DNA from: Dubosiella newyorkensis
GTDB lineage: Bacteria; Bacillota_I; Bacilli_A; Erysipelotrichales; Erysipelotrichaceae
Assembly (NCBI RefSeq): GCF_001945605.1
Contig: NZ_MPKA01000065.1
Location: 30,001-62,000 of the forward strand
Length of the DNA stretch: 32,000 nt
Direction: 5' to 3'
Shown here piece after piece: positions 1 to 12,000 of this stretch (position 1 is its first letter; every line of letters begins with the position of its first letter). The notes beneath the pieces are model-generated. The model had not been told where the DNA came from and did not search any database. It saw only the letters and a list, made by a program, of their open reading frames with translations. A program made the position numbers and the translations under genes.

Positions 1-3000
1 TTCCTTTTGGATACGTGAATGTGGTTGGATCGTTCCAAGATCCGCCATTCAGATCATAGGTGATCGTGAACGTTGGCTCTTTTTCAGGATCGACTTTCTT
101 CCACAACGCATAGAATGTTAGATCTTTAGCTTCCATCGTGACCGGCTCCTTCACTCGAAGCGATTCGAGCTCTTCGTTTTGATCCAAACCAAAAGCTTGT
201 TCATGTTTCGATAAGCTCCAGCCAGCGAAGACTTCGTTTTCATTTCTTGTCAAATCATCCGAATTTGGAACTGTGATTTTTGTTCCTTTCTTCACGTTTG
301 TTTGTGTCTTTTGATCGCCTCCTTTTCCACCATTGAGATCGTAGTATACCGAATATGTATCGAACACATCCGCGATCCCGTTTCGATCTAAATCGTAGCC
401 CCATACCGCGTACACTATTTGATCTTGGTCTATGAGCTCGACTTCTTTGATCAAGTGGTTTTCCGGATCCTCATCTTCACGCGAATAGATTGGCAGCGCT
501 TTTTCGCTCCATCCGATCCATACAACACACTTACCGTCATTCACGCTCATTGTCGGTTTCTTTTGAGAGAGCGTGATCGTATCTCCTGGCAAATGGAAGC
601 TTCTTGACGGCATGCCGTGAGCTTTTCCGATTGAGTTCGTATTGGCGTTATAGATCAGCTGGACCATTTCCTTAAAATCGGCGACGCCATTTTGGTTCGC
701 GTCTTGCGCCCATAAGGCATAAAGCGTCACGTTGTTGGCCGGCATCGTTAAATCCTTATCGGAAAATTTCAACTTCTCATACAATTTGCCATCCACCGCC
801 TCTTCATGCTGCTGCAAGCTCCAGCCCACGAATACTTCATCCTCGCTTCGAACAAAGGCTTGTTGATCAAAGATCGAAACTTGTTCTCCTTTTTTGATCG
901 GATCGACATGGGTAGGCAGCTCGCCTCGACCACCATTCAAATGATAGCTTAATGTGTATGTTTCCAAGACATCGGCGATTCCGTTTTGGTCGGTATCATA
1001 ACCCCAAACCGCATATACCGTCAGATCGTGGTTTTCGAGTTTGACTTCTTGAACCAACAAAGAAGTTGGATCTTCGTCTTTTCTTTCCAGGATCGGCAGC
1101 GCTTCTTGGCTCCAGCCAATAAACTTGACTTGAATTCCATCAACCGCTTCATGGACCGGTTCTCCTTCTAGAACAATCGTAGCGCCGGGCAGACACTGTT
1201 TTCGACTTTCTGGTAAATTTTTGACCAGCCCTTCTTTGGCATTGGCATCATAGTTCAGGCGGACAAATTCTTGATGATCGGCGACGCCGTTTTCATTACG
1301 GTCGCTTGCCCAAACGGCATAGACATCATTGACATCTTCCAATACGATCTCGCTATCCAGCAATTCCTGACTGATCTTGGCATGATCTTCCAGTGTTTCG
1401 ATGTCATTTTGCGGCGTCTTACTCCAGCCGACAAAGAGTGCTTTTTCTTTTTTGAAACTGTGGTTCTTGATCGTAGCGTCTTCTTTCGTTCGACCATACA
1501 AGTGTTGGGCGCTCGAAGAAAGAACCGCCTTGGTCTGAACGATATGGTGGTGTGGACAAATCACGACTTGTTCCTCATCTCCTGTATTCGAATGATAGGA
1601 AATATGGACTGCCTTTTCGGCATAATCCGGAATTCCGTTATGATCCAGGTCTTCTGCCCATAACGCATATACGATCACATCGTTGGAAGGCATCATGTAC
1701 TCGTCGTTTGTCACGATCGTTTTCAATATTTCGATGTCTGGATCGACATTCACGATCAAATCGATCTTTTCTGTGCTCCATCCTGCGAAGATCGCGTCGC
1801 CTTTTTTCAGTCCTTGCGGATGTTCGAGGATGATCTTCGATCCCGCTTTGACGGTTTGCGGTGAAGGAACCGTTCCCTCTTTGCCATTGAGATCATAAGA
1901 CAGAGTGTAGTCTTTTAAGAGATCGGCTTTGCCATTTCCATCTCGATCATATCCCCATAAAGCGTAGACGTGGATATCTTGACTTTCGAATGTGATCATC
2001 TGGATCGTCGAAGGCATCGGATCTTCTCGTTCAAAAATGTGATCGATCTTCTGCTGCGACCAACCAATAAACTTCACAGGAACACCATTGACATCGCTAT
2101 GTTCTGGCGACTTCGCTACGAGAGTCACCCGGTCGTTTAGAATATGATTCTTGCTTGATGTCGGTAGACTTGTGACTGTACCTTCGTTTTGGGCGTTGCC
2201 TTCATAAAAGAGCGTGAAGCGTTTTTCCATATAATCGGCGATGCCATTGTGGTTGTGGTCTTTGGCCCATACGGCGTAAAGGATTTGATCATCCGGACCA
2301 ACAACCCAAGCCGAACCTGGCTTTTTGATCAAATCGAGTTGCGATTTGGTCGCGTCGGCTTCGATCGCATTTTTCTCTTGAGTTTCGCTCCAGCCAACAA
2401 ATACTTCATCTTCGTTTCTTGTTAGCAAGGATTCGGATGCGAGCTGGATCGCCGCTCCTTTCTTTAAGCCTGTCAAGGATTCAGGTCGTTTTCCCTTTCC
2501 TTGGTTCAAATCGTATGCAAGCGAATATGTCTCAAGCACATCGGCAATACCGTCCCGGTTGGAATCATAGCCCCACGCGGCGTAGACGGTTGCATCTTTG
2601 TCTTGCAAGGTGAGTGTATGGATTGTAGTAGGCGCTTTTTCCTCTCGCTTGAAAATATGATCTTCTTTTTGGGATGTCCAGCCAATAAAGACGATTGCGC
2701 TTTCGTTTTCGTCACGGTGCGCCATCTTTCCTTCTTCGATGAGTGGCACATTGGCTTGCGGGAAGTAGTTTTTCGTATCGACTGGCATCGAATTGTCCTT
2801 GCCGCCATTCGCGTTATAGGTTAGGTGGATCCACTCCTCATAATCTGGGATGTTGTTTTGGTTCGTGTCGATCGCCCAAACCGCATAGACATCGCTTCCG
2901 TTTGTCGTTTTCGCTTTTGTGGATAAAACGACTTGATCAAGAAGATGTAAAGATTGTTGTTTTTCTTTCGAATCGACAAGATCGATTCGTTGAGAACTCC

Positions 3001-6000
3001 AGCCAATAAAGACCGCGTTCTCTTTTTGGAACGTATAGTTTTTGAGGTGCTCATCCTTTTCGGTCGATCCATAGAGCGCGTTGGCGTTTTGCGCGAGTTC
3101 GGCATTCATACCATTGAGATGATGGTGCGGACAAATTACGACAAGTTCAGGCTCGCCTTCTTCCACATTGTTGGCGTGATAATATATGTGGGCTGCGTTT
3201 TGCGCGAAATCAGGTGTTCCATCATGGTCTTCGTCTTTCGCCCACACTGCATAATAGGTGACATCGTGATAAGGCATGATCGGCGTATCATCAGTCACAA
3301 GTTTTTTGAGGATCTCGATATTGCTGTCGACTTTCAAAATCGTATCGAGTTTTTCCAAGCTCCAGCCCGCAAAGACGAGATCGTCTTTTTTGAACGTTTT
3401 TTGCGGATGAAGGATCGTATACGATTCGTTAGCTCGATATTTCTTTGTTGCAAGATCAAGGCCATGGCCGCCATTAGCGTCGTATTGAACTTGATAGGTG
3501 TCGAGAATGTCGGCTCTTCCATCGTGATTGGAGTCATAGCCCCAGGCTGCATAAAGAGTTTCATCGTGATCGCTCAAGCTGATTTGATCGATCAAGTCAG
3601 GGAGCGGATCTTCTCGTTTATAGATCGTATCGGTCAACTCTTTACTCCATCCTAGGCAAACGATCGATTTTCCATCGACAGCGCTATGGGTAGGCAGTTT
3701 CTTTTCGAGCGTTACCGTTTCGCCAACGATATGGTTTGTTGAATCGGAAGGCACGTTATTGAGCACTCCTTGGTTTTGGGCGTTGCCTTCATAGTGGATG
3801 GTCAATGATTTTTCGTAAAAATCGGCGATGCCATTTCCATTGTTGTCTTGCGCCCATACCGCATAAAGCGTGATATCTTTAACAGGCATGACATAGAGTG
3901 AATTTGGAGCGAGGACCTCGGCTGATTTTTTCAAAGGATCTTTGTGTTTTTGCAGGCTCCATCCAACAAATACTTCTTTTGGATTTCGTGTGTAATCGTT
4001 CTTGGAAGAGATCGTAATGTTGGATGCTTTCGCGATATTGTTTTGTGGCTTAGGAACAATTCCCTTTCCTCCGTTGAGATCATAGGTCAAGGTGTATGTG
4101 TCGAATACGTCGGCGGTTCCATCGTTGTTGGTATCCGTTCCCCATAGGGCGTAGACTGTCTCATCTTTTTTGCCGAAGGTAAGCTCTTCGAGCGTTTGTG
4201 GCAAGGTGTCCGTTCGTTTTACGATCGAAGGATTTTGTTTCTTCGTCCATCCGATAAAGACGACTGGCGTGTCGTCGATATTTTGACAGGTTGGTTTTCC
4301 TGTCAATTGGATCGTATCTCCTGGAAGATGGATGTCTGTATCGTTTGGCATATTTTGGACATCGCTTTCTTTTGCGTTGGCTTCATAGGTCACTTTGACG
4401 TGTTCTAAGAAATCGGCTGTTCCATTGTGGTTGATGTCTTTTGCCCAAAGCGCGTAAATGTCGTTTCCTTCTTTTTGGATCGTGATCGATGATACGATTG
4501 AATATTTTTTGATCTCTTCTTCGGACGATTGGATCGATGATTCTGGTTTTATCGTTGTCCAGCCCATAAAGACAGCGTCTTCCATCGTGAACGAATGATT
4601 CTTATTCGTGTCGCTTTGGTTGAGCTTGCCATAAAGGTTCATCGCATCCGCAACGAGTTCGGCTTTTGTTCCTTCTAAGTGATGATGGGCGCACTCGAGC
4701 GTATCGCTTGTTCCATTGTTTGCATGATAGCGGACATGGTGAGCGTTTTGCCCGTAATCTGGGATCGAATCGCCATTTTGATCTTCGGCCCATACCGCGT
4801 AAAGAGTTACATTACGAGATGGCATGCTCATCGTATAGTTTGTCATGATCTGCTTAACGAGCGTTGGATCGGCTTGGGCTGAAAACGTTTGGTTGATTGG
4901 TGTTTCGCTCCAGCCGGCAAAGATGGCACCATCTTTTTTTAGCTCATTGACTTGTTGAACAATGTGTACGATATCCCCTTCATGATGCGATGAGGAGGCT
5001 GGCGCATTGCCGATTGCCCCATTTGGCGAGTAGGAAACGAGATAGAGCGCTTCATAATCGGCGACGCCATCTCCGTTTGAGTCGGTTACCCATACAGCGT
5101 AGACGTTGTTTTGGCTTCGTTTCATTTCGAGGCTCTCTACGAATTTGACCGTTTCGAGCTGCCCTTTTGTTCGGATATCTTCATGCTTTTCTAAACTCCA
5201 GCCTACAAAGAGGGCGTTTGATTTTGTAAATCCATCAGGGGCAGTTCTGAATAGTGTCGCTTCCGTTCCCACGACGTGATGGTGTGAGCAAGTGAACGTT
5301 TGATCCGTTCCATTGTTGGCGTGATAGCGGACATGAACGGCTTGATCGGCGTAGTCTGGTTTTCCATTATGATTGGAATCGATTGCCCAGACGGCATAGA
5401 AAGTTACATCGTGTGATGGCATTGTGTAGTCATCGGCGGCAATGATCGAATTGATATCGTCTGGACTAGCGTCTTCATCAAGTACTTTGTTGATCTTTTT
5501 TGTGCTCCATCCGACAAAGAGGCAATTTTGCCGAACTAGATTGGTATGATTGTGCAGAGTAAAGCTTTCTTGAGCGCGATGCGACGATGGTTGAGGAATC
5601 GTTCCTGTTCCGCCATTTGGATCGTAAGAAACGATATATGATGTATCGATGTCGGCGATACCGTCTTTGTTGGAGTCATAACCCCAGGCCGCGTAGACGG
5701 TAAGATCTTTTCCGCCAAAGCGGATCGTGTTGATCAAAGTTGGTTGTGGATCGTTGGCGCGGTAAATCGAATCGCTCTTCTTTTCGCTCCATCCAAGGAA
5801 GACGACATTGTCTATTCCATAGCTTGGTTTTTCTTGACTGAGTTCGACTTGTTCTCCAGCTACATGATTCTTGCTTGAAGCAGGCAGTCCATTGATCGTA
5901 GCGCCTGATCCATTGCCATCATAATTCAATGTCAAGGAGCGTTCTAAATAATCGGCAATGCCGTTTCTATTGATGTCTTTGGTCCATACCGCATACAATG

Positions 6001-9000
6001 TGGTGTCATGGTTAGGCATTTTATATGTTTTTGTGATGAGCGATGGGCGTTGATCTCCTGCGCTCAGTGGTTTGAGTTTTGTTTCGCTCCAGCCAGCGAA
6101 GACGAGTTGTGGATCGGTGTGTATCGGCTCTTTAGAAAGCGTGATCGTTTCTCCATAAAGATACGTGGATGAGGATGCTTTTATGCTTCCACCGTTCGCG
6201 TCGAACGTAAGTGTGTAAAGACTTTCGTCATAATCTGGAGTCCCGTTCTTGTTTTGATCGATGGCCCATACGGCATAGACGTCTTGATCGCTTGCTGGCA
6301 TCGAATCGATTTGGGTGATGATCCCAGCAGTCTCTTTTTCAGAAAAACTCGTTACTAGTTCTTGTTTTTTCTCTTTGCTCCAGCCAATCAGGACAGCTTG
6401 ATCACGAGTGAAGGTATGAGGGGCGCTCGCGTTAATGTCATCCTCGCTTCCAACAAGCTGGTCAGGTTCAAATAATGTCACAGCTTCCTTTTCAACGTGA
6501 TGATGTCCGCATCGAATGACCATGCCTTTGTCGTTGTTGGAATGGTAGAGGATTGAGTAGCCGGTTTCAGTAAAATCGGCCGATCCGTTGGAGTTTTTAT
6601 CTTCGGCCCATACGGCATAGACTTTATTCTCTCCATCTGTGATTTGAAGTTCGGTAATGATACCGGCTTTTTTCGCTTCAGCGGTCGTTTGAATGTTTTT
6701 TTGATGTTGGGTCTTGCTCCAGCCGATAAAGACGGCATGTTCTTTGGTAAAGCGCAAAGTGCCGTTGGAAGCGTTTTTCAATAGAGCGCATGTTTCTTTA
6801 GCAACATGTTGATGCGAGCAATTTACCGATTCATTGGCTTGTCCATTGTTCGCGTTGTATTGAACTTGATACTTTGTTTCGTTGTAGTCTGGCGTTCCGT
6901 TTTCATTTATATCCATTGCCCAGATGGCGTATAAAACAATGTTTTGTCTTGGCATGGAATAGTTAGAATTGGCTTGCAGGATCTGATTGATAGTTTCTTC
7001 TTTTGTTGACGCATCGAGAGCTTCTACAACCGGAGTTATTCCCCAGCCAACGAAAATCTCTTTAGATTTTCGCTTTAGATTTTTACCTTCTGCTAAATTA
7101 ACAGAAGTTCCTTTCTTCAAATTGGAAACACGTTCCGGTCTAGTGCCAGAACCGCCATTCAAGTCATATGATAAAGTGAACGTTTCGAGAACATCAGCTT
7201 TTCCGTTCGCGTCTTCGTCATAACCCCAAACGGCATAGACAATTTGATCTGCTGGTTTCTTACCATTTGTTGATTCAGGAATCGTGATTTTTTTCTCGGT
7301 CGTAGGCGTTGTATCCGCTTCTTGATAGATTTTTTCGTCCTTCTTTGTCGTCCAGCCGATGAAAACAACTTTTTTACCGTTCACATCGGAGTGGATTGGA
7401 GTTTTAGAGAAATCCAATCCAGCCACGCTTCCTGGAAGATGAAGTGATGCGTTTGGCAAACTCGAAACAATTCCACTTTGTTGAGCATTGCCGTCATACG
7501 ATACTTTGACAAGTTCAGTGTAGTCAGGAATGCCGTTTGCGTTTGTATCTTTAGCCCAGACGGCATATAACGTCACATCGGCAGCATCGATCCAGATTTT
7601 CTCACTTGTAATCAAAATACTCTTCAACTCTTCCACTTCGTTTGCGGAGAAGATTTTATTGCTTTGCGTTCGGCTCCACCCCGCGAAAACGACTTTTTGT
7701 CCATCTAAATCGTCGCGAGTCGGTTTTAGCTCATACGACACAGAAACCTGGGTTCGTTTGGAAATATTCGTTTGAGCTTCAGGTACGGATCCTTTTCCGC
7801 CATTTACGTCATACTTCAATGTATACTTTTCTAAAACATCAGCTTTTCCATTGGCATCTTCATCATAACCCCAAGCCGCGTAAACAACGAGATCTTTGGT
7901 TCCTAGTGTCGCTGCTTTGATCAATTCAGCGGAAGGATCTGAATCCGCTCTTGAATAAATTCCCTTTTTCTCCAAGGACCAGCCAAGGAATACGACTGAT
8001 TTTCCATCAATCGAATCATAGATTGGTTTATCGCTGCTCAATTGAACTTTGGCTTCTGGGAAATGATGATCCGTATCGACAATGTTCCCTTTTCCACCAT
8101 TTAAATCATAAGTAATATGAACCCACTCTTCATAGTCTGGGGTATCGTTGTTGTTGGAATCGAGTGCCCATACAGCATAGACATCTTTTCCGTCAGCTCC
8201 CATCGTTACTTCAGTAACCGTTTTAACACTTTGAGATGTTTCATTCGTTTCTACTAGATCATGTTTAGTTTCGCTCCAGCCTAGGAAAACAACTTCATCT
8301 TTTTCTTCATTAAAATCATAACTAACTTGTTTTCCTTCCGCATTCATACCTTGTACTATTGCGGTTGGAGTTAACCTTACGTCCGGCTCATTTGGCACAT
8401 GATGGTCTAAGCACGAAATCACTTGATCTTCTTTGTCTGGTTTATTCGAATGATATTTTACGTGAACTGAATTATCGTTGTAATCGGGGCTTCCGTTCTT
8501 ATTCGCGTCTTTAGCCCAGACCGCATACAGTGTGATATCCGTTGCCGGCATAGTAAAAGAATCAAAAGAATGGATTATATCTTGAATTTCTTGACTAGTG
8601 TTTTCATTTAAAACATTTGAAATCGGTACTTCGCTCCATCCTACCAACAAGGCCTCTCCTCTTTGAAGGTTCGATCCTTGTCCTAAAGCGAACTGATCGC
8701 CTTCTAAATGTTGTTCTGTTGAAGGAACCGTTCCTCCACTCTTTCCATTTCCATCGAATTGGAGCTTATAGATTTTTTTTACTTCTGCTGTGAAAATTTG
8801 ATTCGAGTCGATCTTCATTTCTTTGACTTCAGAAGCAGTATATTTCTTTTCAGCTCCATCCTGATCCGTTCCGATCCAGTTTCCCGTAAACTTGTATCCT
8901 TCCTCTGGTAAAATGGCAGGAATTTTATTATCCTGTGAAAATTGTTCTCCATGCCAGACGTTTCGAGAAATAGATGTCGTCTCATCCGTACCAATATGCG

Positions 9001-9025
9001 CGTTTGAAGCTTTGAAAGTCACTTG
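1..9025 (-). repeat. tandem in-frame array of ~30 modules (~290-350 nt each) of Listeria-Bacteroides repeat (Flg_new / InlB B-repeat-like) type
   Basis: Each module reads (Y/F)xLxY(D/H/N)xNGGxG ... (V/I/L)F(V/I/A/L)GW(S/T) ... MPxxD(V/I)T(L/V)YA(V/L/A)W. GW codon pairs lie at approx 220, 511, 820, 1110, 1430, 1780, 2060, 2392, 2680, 3000, 3365, 3645, 3960, 4250, 4565, 4910, 5200, 5510, 5790, 6090, 6380, 6720, 7045, 7360, 7680, 7980, 8280 and 8638. The first module (approx 8780-9025) has the canonical GYKFTGNW form. The last module (TFTITYDLNGGSWNDPTTFTYPKG) is cut by the window edge. Confidence 0.85.
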
Positions 9026-12000
9026 ATGCGGTTTCTGGAAACCAATCCAAAGGTTTCGATTTGTATCGGCTTTTCCATCTTTTCCAACTTCGATTGTTGC
9101 GGTCGCGCTCTTTCCATCATCCGAGTGGAATGTTCCATATTCTGAAGAAGTTGGAAGCGAGAATTGCATAGGATCATTGTCGTTGGCATTAGGAGATCCC
9201 GGATTGATTATACGTACCGGATACTTGTCTGCTCGACGGCCCGTCAATTCAAACTTTCCATTTACGGTTGTCGTTTCATGACTTTCATGATCGCCTTGAG
9301 CGATTCCGCTTTCATGAGGCGCTTCCACCTTGACAGGAGTAGTGTAGATTTCATCTATTCCTTCGTTATAGATCCCATTGTAGTTTTTATCCAAAAAAGT
9401 CGTTCCAGCGATGATTCCTGTTTGGAATTCGATTTGAATATGAGGAAGTGGGATATGACCGCCGTTTGTTGCTTCACCAACTGAATAAGGCGCATAACCA
9501 CAAGGACCAAAATTAACGACCTTGCCAACCAACTTGTCATGGTCCACCTGTTTATAGTGAAGGAAAATCTTAATATAGGCATCTTTCGGTATAGCATTTG
9601 CCTTCTGCTCCTGAGTAGTAAGAGCGTCAAGATAATCAGGATCCACGCTAATTCGAATCATCTTCACGTCTTTCCACTCATTATCTTTGATTTCTTCGGC
9701 TGATTTATAATTATTGATGTTGTTGTAGTGGCTCGTATCGCCAATCTTAGCCTTGGAATCAACTGTCGTACTGTATTGAACACGAACTCCTTTATGAGCG
9801 TCTTCTGCAATTCTTGCCGGGCCCGTCATTTCCATATCAAAATCAAATGGATTGTCCTGAACATGACTATCCCAAAAATCTCCTTTTTTCGGAACTGGAA
9901 TAAAATAATAAAACTTTTTCGCATCTTCCTCGGAAAATCCTCTTCCTGTATTATTTCGAATCGTAAAGCGCAAATCGATGTTTTCGTCACTATCCTTTAA
10001 GAAAACTTTTTCCCCTGTATTGTCAAAATTGACATAACCACTGTCTTCATGCCCTTCGGTTCGAGCGCAATCGCAATCCTTTTCATCTGGACATAATTTC
10101 GCATCAAATCCAAATGTCAATCCTTGACGTCCGGCGACAATCGACAACTTGGTATCGGAGGAGTTGATATTAAATGTACTAAAATATTCAGCAGTATCAT
10201 TATCCCCATCCATATCAAAAGTATCTTGCTCTGTGTACAAATTGATCGTCGCACTTCGCGAATCATGATAAGACGGAACATTGGCATCTTTTACGCGAAC
10301 ACAATCCCGCATATCTAACGTCATCGCATCCGCATCTTTCGCGATTTGCATTGTAAACACCATTCGGACACGATACTGGCCTAAATCTTCTGTAAACCAA
10401 CCAATCCATCCTTTTCCCTTAGTAAAAGTAATTTTATATAGATTAAAATTTCCTTTATCTTCTGGATTCGATATTTGATAATCCACATCTCTTTGAAGAA
10501 CAGTCTCTGTGACCGTGCCCGTTTCGATTTCTTCTCCTGTAAGGAAAATCTCATCCGCAGTACTGCCGCTTTCTTGAATCAGCTGAAGATTTTCAATAGA
10601 AATCTTTTTAGGCAATCGGATATAAATGATTGGGCTTGTACTGATATTGATCGTTGTATATGGATAGCCCATCGCGCCAATTTCACAATCGAAATTGACG
10701 TTATTACCCGCTACCGTAGAAGAAGTACTTAAAACTGGTGTACTGACTCGTCTTTCATCCAAAGCATTTTTAATTCCCAACGGAATTCCTTCTCCTTTAT
10801 TTTGAACATCGTTTTGATCGTTTTTAAAATTATCATAAATAACAATGGATGATGTAGCCTCATTGGTCGTATTTCCATCAAACTCCGCTTTATCTTCCTG
10901 ATTGTCTGTCTTTGCCATTTTCAAAGTAGCAAACTCAACATTATCGCCCTCAGAAACATTTAATAGCTTTCCAAATGTCATGGCAAAGCCCGCAGGATCC
11001 AATGGTCTTCCGTTCACGTAGCTTCGATAATCGGTATCATAACTGCCTACATCTGCTATGATATTTGTAAAGTATTCTCCCTCTTCTAAACCAGCTGCTT
11101 TTGCATTGAACAATACGTATCCATTTTCGCTTCTCAACGATGAAATATCTCTTTCTTCTGAATGTTTTGTTGTTGTATATTTTATGTTCACTGTGTTTCC
11201 AATTGTGGCAGGAATACGTTGCGCTACTACACCAATTTTATCGGTATTATTATACGTAAACGTTAACGTCATTGGACTGCTCGCCTGGGTTCCTTTGTTT
11301 ACAACTTGAAATCCACCTAAGTTATAAATAATATTTGAATCAACTTGATTTCCTTTATAAACACCAGGTGTAATATTATTAGCTCCCACATACATTTTTG
11401 CTCCAGTGTTAGCCGTAAAACTTTTCGCTTTAAACTCCCAGTTCGCGATTTGTTTATTACTGTCCGTATCGCTTTGTTGATCCCAATGTTCGACAGTCCC
11501 GACAATCGTAGGTTTCCCTCTTACTATTTCACTCTCTTTTGTATGAAAAGAATCATATACGTTTTCGGTGTTGCCTCGGTCTTCACCCCAATGTATCGTC
11601 GTTCCGGCAGTTGGAGCTTCAGTTTCCCAGAAAAAATATGGTGTAAAAAATTCATCCGATGGAATATAGATATTTTCCCAGGTCAAAGTCACTACCCCTT
11701 TGCCACTCTGATCTTTAGGTTTACTTACAACCGGCTGTTTAGGATCGTACAAACCCAACTGACTTTGGTTACTTGGATTGCTCACACTATATTCGGTTCT
11801 TTTATAAGAAGCGTAGACCCTTTTCCCATCACTTTTTTCGAAATATGGCAAAGAAATATCGAACGTCAATTTTTTAAAAAACATTCCTAAAGAATAGTTT
11901 TCTTTATCTGACCGAAACCAAATTTTTCGAAGTTTAAATTCCTCGTTCAAAGCCGTCGTAAATTGTGTTTTGTCATCTTTCGTGGAAATCATCGGACCGG

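Noticed and set aside
1-9025. Regular ~310-nt periodicity, considered as a possible CRISPR array or satellite.
   Set aside because: The period is far too long, there are no short identical direct repeats separated by unique spacers, and the whole region is one open reading frame with protein-level module conservation.
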